From: an uncultured Porphyromonadaceae bacterium
Lineage (GTDB): Bacteria > Bacteroidota > Bacteroidia > Bacteroidales > Muribaculaceae
Assembly: GCA_947176615.1 (NCBI GenBank)
Contig: CAMWRO010000001.1
Location: forward strand, 1-33,663
DNA length: 33,663 nucleotides
Direction: 5' to 3'
Below the pieces are notes generated by a model, which had not been told where the DNA came from, did no database searches, and saw only the letters and a list, made by a program, of their open reading frames with translations. Below, piece by piece: positions 9,503 through 17,807 of this stretch; within the stretch, counting starts at the first letter, position 1, and every line of letters starts with the position of its first letter. Position numbers and translations under genes: made by a program.

Positions 9503-9561
9503 TTCGCTTTTTTGAGGCGTTTCATTTCGCTTTTTTGATATATTTTGCTTCGCTTTTTTGA
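9503..9561. repeat. Three exact 13-bp direct repeats TTCGCTTTTTTGA with 23-bp period
   Basis: Copies start at 9503, 9526 and 9549; the 10-nt spacers differ. Confidence 0.9.
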
Positions 9562-9570
9562 GGTTCTCCA

Positions 9571-9621
9571 TGCGGAATGAGGGTGTTGCAAAACTCAGTT
9601 TTGCAACACCCTCATTCCGCA
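9571..9621. repeat. Perfect 25-bp-arm palindrome downstream of the large T9SS gene
   Basis: TGCGGAATGAGGGTGTTGCAAAACT-c-AGTTTTGCAACACCCTCATTCCGCA. Confidence 0.9.
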
Positions 9622-9646
9622 GATTATTGGAGAAATCCCGTCGGGA

Positions 9647-12600
9647 TTACTTTACGATGACTTTGGCGGTTGTTGCGGATGCCTTGACGATGTAGATGCC
9701 CGGGGCGAGGGGGACTGTCGTGGCCGGAGAGCTTGCGGGAGCGTCATGGAGGGTCTTGCCGTCAACGGCGTAGACGCTGATGCGGTGGCCTTCGGCTCCT
9801 GTCACGACAACGGCGCCTGTGGTGGCCGTTATATTGATGCCGGTGGCATTGACTCGGTCAATCGCGCTGCTTTCAACCTTAATCTCGACCGGTGCCGATT
9901 CGCCGAGGTCGTAGAGGGCGGTGACACTGTAGGTGTGATCCGAACCGTCAGAGGTGCTGTCGGTATATTCGGGTTCTTCCAGAACGGTTTCGTTTATCCT
10001 GATGCCGTCGCAGTAGACATTATATCCGGCCAGTGACACTTGGGAAACACTCTCGGCGGGATAGAAAATCACGTTGTCAAGCATGAAGATGAAACGGTCG
10101 TCGCTGACACAGCGTATGGCAAAGTAACGGGAGCCTTCGGGAAGGTCGTAGACGTAGGTTGTCCATGCATTCGGTACGCTGACTTTCTCGCCGATTCTGA
10201 CAAAGTCGTCGATAGCGTTGCCCGAGGTCGAATAGTAAAATTCAAATTCTTCGGCTCCATACCGGGGTGAATAGGTTTTGGCTTGGAACACGACACTCTG
10301 CCGTCCGCCGTAAAGGAGCGGCGAGATGGCCCAGTCGTCATTGACCCGGTTCTTGGAACAGAACGCGGCGAGGTATTTGATTCCATCGGCGGCTGCCCAT
10401 GTGTCGTTCATGTCTTCGAGCGATGCGTCGACCACGACATAGGCCATCGGGGCGCCTTGGCTCGGGAGCTGGAGGTCTTCGACGGGATGAGTGAGTGCGC
10501 CGTCGGCATCCACGAATGTCCAGTCGCCAAATTCATCGACGGCAAATGATTTGCCTGTCTCGAAACTTTCGATCAGCTCAGCCGGTGAGCCGAGGGTGAG
10601 GTCAGGCTCGCCCCATGTCAGGGTCACGCCATTCTCAGATGCCGAGGCTTGGAGGTCGGTGACGACGGGATGCAGCGGCAGAATCATTTTCACCGGGAAG
10701 GTTTCCGAGCGGTTGTTGTCCTCGTTTTCGTCGCCGGTCATGACGATGGCTGCGCTATAGTCGCTGAACTCTTTCCCGGTCACCCCGATTGAGGTGCTGA
10801 ACGAAATCTCGGCTGTGGCACACGAGCGCACACGCTTGCCGCTCTTTGACTCGATTTCGACTCCGTCGCGGTAAAGAACCACGCTGTAATCTGACGCCTC
10901 GGCGACAGCGGTGCCCATATTGTCGACGGTCACGTTGATGCTGAACGGCTTGTCAGCGTTGACACGCGCGGGGATGCTGACGGCGGTCAGGGCCATGTCC
11001 TTGACGGGGAGGGACCCGATGAACAGGTTGTCAAGATAGACATTGGAGTAGGCGTGGAGGGTGGCGCGGAAACGCACTCTGACGGTCTTGCCCGCATAGC
11101 CGTCGAGCAGGATGTAGCGGCGGTTCCACCCTGCAGTCGCGCCGAGCTGGCTGAGGACGAGGTGGCTGACCGAGGTCCATCCGTTTCCGTCGTTTATTTC
11201 TACATCGACCTCGTCGGCGTTATACTCGGGGTCGGCAAGATTGTAGACATAGTACATGATTCCGGGATTTTCGGCAGGAACGATGATTTTGCCTGTCTCG
11301 ATGGCCGACGAGGCGTCACGGTAACCATACATGTTGATAAAACCGTTGTCGTTGTCAATCGACTTGATGTCGGCAAACCATTCGTCGTCAAGTATGCGCC
11401 AGTCAGAGTTTCCGGCAATTGTTGAAATCATCATGTCTTCGGTCAGGCTGCCGTCGGCAAACGATTCGCGGTAGGGAGCTTCGAAAGGCGCTCCTGCAAA
11501 TCCCATTGCCGATGCACCCTCGGAATAGCGTCCGCCTGCTTTGGCAAACACCCCCCACTCTTTCAGCTGCTGGCGCGTGCCTGACGGGACTGCCTGATAG
11601 GTGAAACGGCACTCGGCAAGGTCTTCGGCCACTGTCGTCTGACCGTTTTCGGTAAGTTCGACAACGGTATAGGTAATCAGTGACGGATTCATCGGGTTGC
11701 CGTCGATGTCGAGTGCCGGTGCATTCCATTTAAGGGTGATTTCGCCATCTTTTCCGGCAGTCTCGGCGACGGTCAGATTTTCGACACAGGCGGGAATGTT
11801 CACACCGACGAATACCTTGACCGTAGACTCCTCGCCCGCGCCGTCGCTGTTGAAGGCCACGGCACTGTAGGTATAGGTGCCCGAGATTTCAACCTCGTCG
11901 GTAAACGACAGGGTGCTGCCCGGAGAGGGAGACTCAAAGGTCTTGATTGCCGTGTCATTGCGTTTCACCACGATGCGGTCGAGCGAGGTGATTGCGTTGC
12001 CGCTCATGTCGGTGTCGGGGGCCGTCATGACAATGTCGGCGGTAAGGGCACCCTTGCTATCGGGAGTGGCCGAGAAATCAGTCACGGCAGATGGTGCCCC
12101 GGGGGCGATGCCGGCCGAGACTGAAATATCGGCTACATGCAGCGCAAACATATCGCGCTTGCTGATGCCGTGGAACCCGATGTAGAATTTCCCGCTCGAC
12201 GAGGGGATGATGTCGATGTCGAAGTGCTGCGGGTTCTCGACGGTGCAGCGAAGCTCGGTCGAGGCAAGCAGCACATCGGTCATAGCAAGCGGCACGGGGG
12301 AGGTGCCCATCATGACCTCTATTTTTTCAGGATAACTCTTTCTCTCGCCAAAGGTGTTAAACGACAGCCGATATCGTTTACCGGTCTCCATTCTGAGGGC
12401 CGGGGTTATGAGCCAGTCGTCAGCGTCAAGGCTCATGTTGTTGTACAGGCGAGCGGAGCCGGTATCGGAACTCGGCATCCACACGATGTTGTCGCTGTTG
12501 CTGTCAATAATGGTGAACGCATCCCAGTCGGCATCGTCGGTGATGACTGGGCGGTAGGGCGGGATGATTGCCCCGAGGACAATGTTGCGTGTGGCCACGA

Positions 12601-14131
12601 TCTCAGACGAGATTCCGTTTACCGACGCTGTCACGGTGTAATGGAATGATGTCAGGTCGACCGGTTCTTCCACAGGGTCGGTCACACAGGTGGCTGATGT
12701 CGTGGCGACAACGGTTCCGCCCGGGTAGCGGGTGACGGTATAGGTAACGGACTCGGTATCGATAAATCCGCCGTCGGAAGATTCAGTCACGGGATTCCAC
12801 GAAATCACGAAGTTTTCATCTTCGCGTGACAGGTTTACGCCGTCAAGCACGGGAGTGCCCGGGCCGATAAAGAGCGAAGTGGTTGCAGCCGGACTCGTGC
12901 CGTTTTCATTGGAAACCGTCACGGCGATTTCATAAATGCCGGCAGTCTCGACGGTCAGGTCGGCGACAGCGTCAGCCCCCGGCTCCACGGTGCCTTGGGC
13001 GAGCGCGACTCCGTTGGCTGTCACGAGGTAGTCAAGCGAGCCTGTGGCAGGGGTGTCGTTAAACAGACGGTCTGGTGCTGTGAAGGAGACTTTGCCTGAT
13101 AAGGCGCCGCGTTCAAACGTGGCCGTCAGACCGGTAACGGCGGCCGGGGCGAGGTCGTCGGCAAGCGGCTCGTCGACCCACATGCCCGTCACTTCCTCCC
13201 ATCCGGGGAAATCCATAAGCCATGTCGCGGCTCCCGTCGCGAGGTCGATTTCATAGAGTGCGGCCTCTGACGACGAGTGGACGGCGTAGAAAAACCGATG
13301 GGTGCGCGGGTCGATGGCTCCCGACGAGAGATTCTGTGGCGACAGGCCGGTGTCGCCTATCTCGGTAATCTCGCCTGTCACCTTGTCGGCCTTTATCAGT
13401 CGGCCCTGACGGTCGACGGCATAGAGGGTGCCGTCGGTGTCGACCGCAACGGCGTTCCACCCTGAGGGGAGGTCGGCAATCTTGGTGCATGTGCTGTTTT
13501 CATAGTCGACGGTGGCCAGCATGAATCGCGAGCGGTCAGCGGTGTAATAGGAACCGTAGATTTTTCCGGTCGTCGGGTCATAGACAGCCGCCGATGCCAT
13601 GAACTCGGGCGAAGGGTAGTATTCCTGACTGATTGAAGTCCATGTCGAGGTGTCCCATGTCTCCACCATGTACAGAGTGTTGCCATACAGGTCCTGCATC
13701 TGCGCGGCATAATAGAGGTCACCGGCTTTCACGCCGCCGTAAGGAGCGACGACGTAGGGAGCGACGAGCGAAAACTCCATTTTGTCATTCTGCGGTATGG
13801 AATATATGCCTATTACCCGGTCGGCCGAGGTCGACTGCAGCACGCATCCCTTCAGATTGGCCGGGGCGACACCCGGAACGCGGTTGGCGGTCACCCTTAG
13901 CGGTGTCCCGCCCCACTTGACACTGCGAGATGCCGCTGTCTTGAACGGCGACGCGGGCAGTGCCGGTCTCATGTCGTTTTCAGGAGAAACAGTCTTGTGT
14001 GCCGACGTGTGGTCCGTGAGTGACACCCGGGGATTTTCATGACCCTTGGAATGGAATCGGACAGGAGCCGCATCGGCGGCAAGCGAACCCGCAATCACGA
14101 GGGCGCAGAGGTTGAAAATGGTTGGTTTCAT
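9647..14131 (-). CDS. Large secreted multidomain surface protein: beta-propeller, FN3-like repeats, cleaved-adhesin/choice-of-anchor-J-like domains, CARDB-like domain, T9SS CTD
   Basis: Signal peptide MKPTIFNL (ATG 14131); ADDWLITP and NDDWAISP adhesin-domain motifs with xIDxNxD/FVDADG; PAAVTGL/PSAVTDF/PACVENL FN3 starts; DENEDNN; C-terminal VYAVDG...GIYIVK...KVIVK. Confidence 0.82.
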   Translation of the reverse strand: MKPTIFNLCALVIAGSLAADAAPVRFHSKGHENPRVSLTDHTSAHKTVSPENDMRPALPASPFKTAASRSVKWGGTPLRVTANRVPGVAPANLKGCVLQSTSADRVIGIYSIPQNDKMEFSLVAPYVVAPYGGVKAGDLYYAAQMQDLYGNTLYMVETWDTSTWTSISQEYYPSPEFMASAAVYDPTTGKIYGSYYTADRSRFMLATVDYENSTCTKIADLPSGWNAVAVDTDGTLYAVDRQGRLIKADKVTGEITEIGDTGLSPQNLSSGAIDPRTHRFFYAVHSSSEAALYEIDLATGAATWLMDFPGWEEVTGMWVDEPLADDLAPAAVTGLTATFERGALSGKVSFTAPDRLFNDTPATGSLDYLVTANGVALAQGTVEPGADAVADLTVETAGIYEIAVTVSNENGTSPAATTSLFIGPGTPVLDGVNLSREDENFVISWNPVTESSDGGFIDTESVTYTVTRYPGGTVVATTSATCVTDPVEEPVDLTSFHYTVTASVNGISSEIVATRNIVLGAIIPPYRPVITDDADWDAFTIIDSNSDNIVWMPSSDTGSARLYNNMSLDADDWLITPALRMETGKRYRLSFNTFGERKSYPEKIEVMMGTSPVPLAMTDVLLASTELRCTVENPQHFDIDIIPSSSGKFYIGFHGISKRDMFALHVADISVSAGIAPGAPSAVTDFSATPDSKGALTADIVMTAPDTDMSGNAITSLDRIVVKRNDTAIKTFESPSPGSTLSFTDEVEISGTYTYSAVAFNSDGAGEESTVKVFVGVNIPACVENLTVAETAGKDGEITLKWNAPALDIDGNPMNPSLITYTVVELTENGQTTVAEDLAECRFTYQAVPSGTRQQLKEWGVFAKAGGRYSEGASAMGFAGAPFEAPYRESFADGSLTEDMMISTIAGNSDWRILDDEWFADIKSIDNDNGFINMYGYRDASSAIETGKIIVPAENPGIMYYVYNLADPEYNADEVDVEINDGNGWTSVSHLVLSQLGATAGWNRRYILLDGYAGKTVRVRFRATLHAYSNVYLDNLFIGSLPVKDMALTAVSIPARVNADKPFSINVTVDNMGTAVAEASDYSVVLYRDGVEIESKSGKRVRSCATAEISFSTSIGVTGKEFSDYSAAIVMTGDENEDNNRSETFPVKMILPLHPVVTDLQASASENGVTLTWGEPDLTLGSPAELIESFETGKSFAVDEFGDWTFVDADGALTHPVEDLQLPSQGAPMAYVVVDASLEDMNDTWAAADGIKYLAAFCSKNRVNDDWAISPLLYGGRQSVVFQAKTYSPRYGAEEFEFYYSTSGNAIDDFVRIGEKVSVPNAWTTYVYDLPEGSRYFAIRCVSDDRFIFMLDNVIFYPAESVSQVSLAGYNVYCDGIRINETVLEEPEYTDSTSDGSDHTYSVTALYDLGESAPVEIKVESSAIDRVNATGINITATTGAVVVTGAEGHRISVYAVDGKTLHDAPASSPATTVPLAPGIYIVKASATTAKVIVK

Positions 14132-14166
14132 AAATCGAGATGAATTCGTTGGGAATCTTGATTTCG

Positions 14167-14256
14167 CAAAGCTAATGATTTTGTGGAGGATATACAAATT
14201 GTCAGGTAAATATCTTTTGCGACAGATAAAAAACAGGCAAAATAGCGTTATATTTG
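14167..14256. promoter_or_regulatory. Divergent -7 elements: TAGCTTTG (-, 14167-14174) for the T9SS gene and TATATTTG (+, 14249-14256) for proA
   Basis: TAnnTTTG matches on each strand at suitable distances from the two start codons. Confidence 0.6.
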
Positions 14257-14275
14257 CAGAAAAATACGGAATCAC

Positions 14276-15514
14276 ATGGAAATTGATGAAATATTTAGTC
14301 GGGCGCGCGGCGCGTCCAAAACTCTTGCCACTGCCGGAGTGGAGAGGATAAATGCGGCTCTCGGCACAATCGCGTCATTGTTGCGCGAGAACAGCGCAGC
14401 TATAATCGAGGCAAATTCGGCCGACGTGGCGCGGATGGACCCCTCGGACCCGAAAGTTGACCGGTTGCGGCTCGACGCGGCCCGCATCGAGGATATAGCG
14501 GCCGGGGTCGAGGCTGTCGCCGCCCTGCCGTCGCCGGTGGGAATCACGCTGAGCGAGACTGTCAGGCCCAACGGGATGAAGATTGCCAAGGTCACGGTGC
14601 CATTCGGCGTAATCGGTGTAATCTATGAGGCACGTCCCAATGTGACGGTCGATGTGGCCGCTCTCTGTCTCAAGGCGGGGAGTGCCGTGCTGCTCAAAGG
14701 GGGGCATGACGCATCGGCCTCAAATGTCGCTCTGACAGCAATAATATCCGCAGCGTTGAAAAAATCGGGAATCGACCCGAATGCGGTGCAGCTTATGCCC
14801 GACTCCCATGATGCGACAGGAGCGATGCTTCACGGCGTGGGGAAGGTCGACCTGATTATCCCGCGTGGCGGGAAGGGCCTTATCGAGTGGGTGCGTGACA
14901 ATGCGCGCGTCCCCGTCATCGAGACCGGTGCGGGTGTGTGCCACACCTATTTCCACACATCGGGCCGTGCCGACTATGCCGCTGCGATTGTCAACAATGC
15001 CAAGACGCGCCGTCCGAGTGTGTGCAATTCGCTCGACACCCTCATTGTCGACTCGTCGCGGCTTGCCGACCTCCCCGAAGTGGTTGCGCCACTGCTGAAC
15101 AGTAATGTCGAGATTGCCGCCGACGAGCGCGCATTCGCCGCCCTTGACGGGCATTACCCGCTGTTGCGTCATGCCGCTCCCGAGGATTTCGGCCATGAAT
15201 GGCTCGACTACAAGATGTCGATAGCCACGGTCGACGGCATCGACGAGGCTCTGGATTTCATCGAGCGTAACGGGTCGCGCCACAGCGAGTCGATTGTCGC
15301 CGAGGATGCCGCCGCGCAACGGCTTTTCACGACGAGTGTCGACGCCGCCTGTGTCTATGTCAACGTCTCGACCGCGTTTACTGACGGTGGTCAGTTTGGT
15401 TTCGGAGCCGAAATCGGAATCTCGACCCAGAAGCTCCATGCCCGCGGCCCGATGGCCCTCCCCGAAATCACCACATATAAATATATAATCACCGGCGAGG
15501 GGAATGTCAGGTGA
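14276..15514 (+). CDS. proA: Gamma-glutamyl phosphate reductase (glutamate-5-semialdehyde dehydrogenase)
   Basis: IYEARPNVT, IPRGG, ETGAGVCH, PSVCNSLD, NVSTAFTDGGQFGFGAEIGISTQKLHARGP. Confidence 0.97.
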   Translation: MEIDEIFSRARGASKTLATAGVERINAALGTIASLLRENSAAIIEANSADVARMDPSDPKVDRLRLDAARIEDIAAGVEAVAALPSPVGITLSETVRPNGMKIAKVTVPFGVIGVIYEARPNVTVDVAALCLKAGSAVLLKGGHDASASNVALTAIISAALKKSGIDPNAVQLMPDSHDATGAMLHGVGKVDLIIPRGGKGLIEWVRDNARVPVIETGAGVCHTYFHTSGRADYAAAIVNNAKTRRPSVCNSLDTLIVDSSRLADLPEVVAPLLNSNVEIAADERAFAALDGHYPLLRHAAPEDFGHEWLDYKMSIATVDGIDEALDFIERNGSRHSESIVAEDAAAQRLFTTSVDAACVYVNVSTAFTDGGQFGFGAEIGISTQKLHARGPMALPEITTYKYIITGEGNVR

Positions 15515-15589
15515 TTCCGCGCTTTGCATATTTTGAGAGTTTGGTGAAAAATTTATAAAGAGTCGGGGTGGTGAATCAAAGATTTTTCT

Positions 15590-15597
15590 TACCTTTG
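15590..15597 (+). promoter_or_regulatory. -7 element (TACCTTTG) for the dapF-dapL-glnA operon
   Basis: Consensus match about 80 nt upstream of dapF. Confidence 0.65.
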
Positions 15598-15679
15598 CAC
15601 CTTTAAAAGCCCGGCGTGATGAGGGCTGTCGAGATTTTAGGTCGGAAAGCCGTTTTTGCGCCGGATAATATAATGGTAA

Positions 15680-16522
15680 ATGGCTGAGATTAGGTTCACC
15701 AAAATGCATGGCATTGGCAACGACTACATTTACATCAATTGTATGGAGTCGACGGTCGATGACCCGGCATCACTCTCTGTAAAACTCAGTGACCGACATA
15801 CAGGGATAGGGGGCGACGGCATCATTCTGATCCTCCCCTCGACAATCGCCGATTTCAAAATGAGAATATTTAACGCCGACGGCTCGGAAGCTACCATGTG
15901 TGGCAACGGCAGTCGGTGTGTTGCTAAATATGTGTCGGATCACGGGTTGACTGACCGCAAAGTCATCACACTTGAAACCTTGTCGGGTATAAAGACCCTT
16001 ACACTGCACACCGGTACTGACGGCCTCGTCGACGAGGTCACTGTCGACATGGGGGAGCCGGCATTTGACGCCGGGGCAATCCCTGTTGTGTGCCGGTCGG
16101 CCAAGATGGTGGATTTCCCGGTGAAAACGTCGCGCGGCGATGTGAGACTGACAGCTGTGTCGATGGGCAATCCTCACGGTGTGGTATTTGTCGATTCGCT
16201 CGACACTATTGATTTTGACACTCTCGGCCCCGAGCTTGAACGCCACCCGATGTGGCCCGACCGTGCCAATATCGAGCTGGTCGAGGTGGTTTCGCGCGAG
16301 CGGCTGAAAATGAGAGTGTGGGAGCGCGGTTCAGGCGAGACGATGGCTTGCGGCACGGGTGCGTGTGCGACTGCTGTGGCCGCTGCCCTTACAGGCCGTG
16401 CCGACCGCGAGGTGACTGTCAGTCTGCGGGGCGGAGACCTTCGCATCAAATGGGGTGACGACGGGCATGTGTATATGACCGGCCCGGCCACTGAAGTGTT
16501 TAACGGAACAGTAATTGTGTAG
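15680..16522 (+). CDS. dapF: Diaminopimelate epimerase
   Basis: [43 protein letters not shown]. Confidence 0.97.
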   Translation: MAEIRFTKMHGIGNDYIYINCMESTVDDPASLSVKLSDRHTGIGGDGIILILPSTIADFKMRIFNADGSEATMCGNGSRCVAKYVSDHGLTDRKVITLETLSGIKTLTLHTGTDGLVDEVTVDMGEPAFDAGAIPVVCRSAKMVDFPVKTSRGDVRLTAVSMGNPHGVVFVDSLDTIDFDTLGPELERHPMWPDRANIELVEVVSRERLKMRVWERGSGETMACGTGACATAVAAALTGRADREVTVSLRGGDLRIKWGDDGHVYMTGPATEVFNGTVIV

Positions 16523-16526
16523 CTCT

Positions 16527-17771
16527 ATGTTCAGGATAAATGACAATTTTACGCTTCTTGCAGGCAACTACCTTTTCAGCGAGGTGGGACGCAGGATTGC
16601 CGCATTTCAGGCATCACATCCCGATGCCGAGCTTATCCGCATGGGAATCGGCGATGTCACCCGTCCCCTCTGTCCGGCGGCTATCGAGGCGTTGCACCGC
16701 GCGGTGGATGACGAGGCCGATACCTCTACGTTTCATGGCTACGGGCCTGAACAGGGGTATGGGTTTCTGCGTGATAAAATAGCCGAGATTGATTACCGCA
16801 GCCGAGGCATCGATGTCGCCCCCGACGAGATTTTCATCAGCGACGGGGCCAAGAGCGATACCGGCAACATAGGCGATATTCTCTCGGTGGCCAACCGCGT
16901 GGCGGTGACTGATCCGGTTTACCCTGTCTATGTCGACACCAATGTCATGGCGGGTCGCGCGGGACTACCCGGCGGCGACGGCGGCTGGAGCAATATAGAG
17001 CTGCTGCCCTGCACGGCTGAAAACGGCTTTGTGCCGGAGCTGCCCGAGACCTCGCCTGACATCATCTATCTGTGTTACCCCAACAATCCCACCGGGACCG
17101 CGCTCACCCGCGACGAGTTGAAAGTGTGGGTTGACTATTGCCTCGCCCACGGGGCGTTGCTGCTCTTTGACTCGGCCTATGAGGCTTATATCACCGAGGA
17201 TGACGTTCCGCGCTCGATTTATGAAATCGACGGTGCGAGGGAATGTGCCATCGAGTTCCGCAGTTTTTCCAAGACGGCGGGATTCACCGGGATAAGGCTG
17301 GGATATACCGTTGTGCCGCGATGCCTGAAAGGTGTCGACAGCCGAGGAGAGCGTGTCGCGCTCAACCCGCTGTGGAACCGCCGCCAGTCGACCAAGTTCA
17401 ACGGGGCGAGCTATCTGAGCCAGCGTGCGGCCGAGGCGCTATACACTCCCGAAGGGCGCAGGCAGGTTGCGGAAACCGTGGGTTACTATATGGAAAATGC
17501 CGCGATAATGCGTGCCGGCCTTGCCGAGGCCGGTCTGCAGGCCGTCGGCGGCGTTAATTCGCCCTATCTATGGGTTAAAACTCCCGACGGCATGACTTCG
17601 TGGGAGTTTTTTGACCTGTTGCTCGAAAAGTACAATATCGCCGGAACACCGGGAAGCGGGTTTGGCAAGGCCGGTGAGGGTTATTTCCGCCTGACCGCGT
17701 TCAATACTCTCGAAAACACCCGCGCTGCAATGGCCCGGCTGTCATCACGTCCGTTCACTAATAAAAAATAA
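16527..17771 (+). CDS. dapL: LL-diaminopimelate aminotransferase
   Basis: [50 protein letters not shown] (PLP Lys). Start at ATG 16527. Confidence 0.95.
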   Translation: MFRINDNFTLLAGNYLFSEVGRRIAAFQASHPDAELIRMGIGDVTRPLCPAAIEALHRAVDDEADTSTFHGYGPEQGYGFLRDKIAEIDYRSRGIDVAPDEIFISDGAKSDTGNIGDILSVANRVAVTDPVYPVYVDTNVMAGRAGLPGGDGGWSNIELLPCTAENGFVPELPETSPDIIYLCYPNNPTGTALTRDELKVWVDYCLAHGALLLFDSAYEAYITEDDVPRSIYEIDGARECAIEFRSFSKTAGFTGIRLGYTVVPRCLKGVDSRGERVALNPLWNRRQSTKFNGASYLSQRAAEALYTPEGRRQVAETVGYYMENAAIMRAGLAEAGLQAVGGVNSPYLWVKTPDGMTSWEFFDLLLEKYNIAGTPGSGFGKAGEGYFRLTAFNTLENTRAAMARLSSRPFTNKK

Positions 17772-17807
17772 TAGACCTATTCACTAATTATTATCACTTT
17801 AAAGATT

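Noticed and set aside
9503-9561. Triple repeat as a mini-CRISPR array
   Set aside because: Repeats of 13 bp and spacers of 10 bp are too short, and there are no cas genes.
9446-9571. N-terminal extension of the AAA+ ORF in the ORF track
   Set aside because: It runs through the promoter and repeat array; the family-like start is MKYLSR at 9445.
8074-9621. Invertible (phase-variable) promoter or segment
   Set aside because: The two palindromes are not inverted copies of each other, and no matching repeat pair flanks a promoter.
15515-15679. Lysine riboswitch upstream of dapF
   Set aside because: The leader is only about 75 nt and lacks the multi-helix architecture of the L-box.
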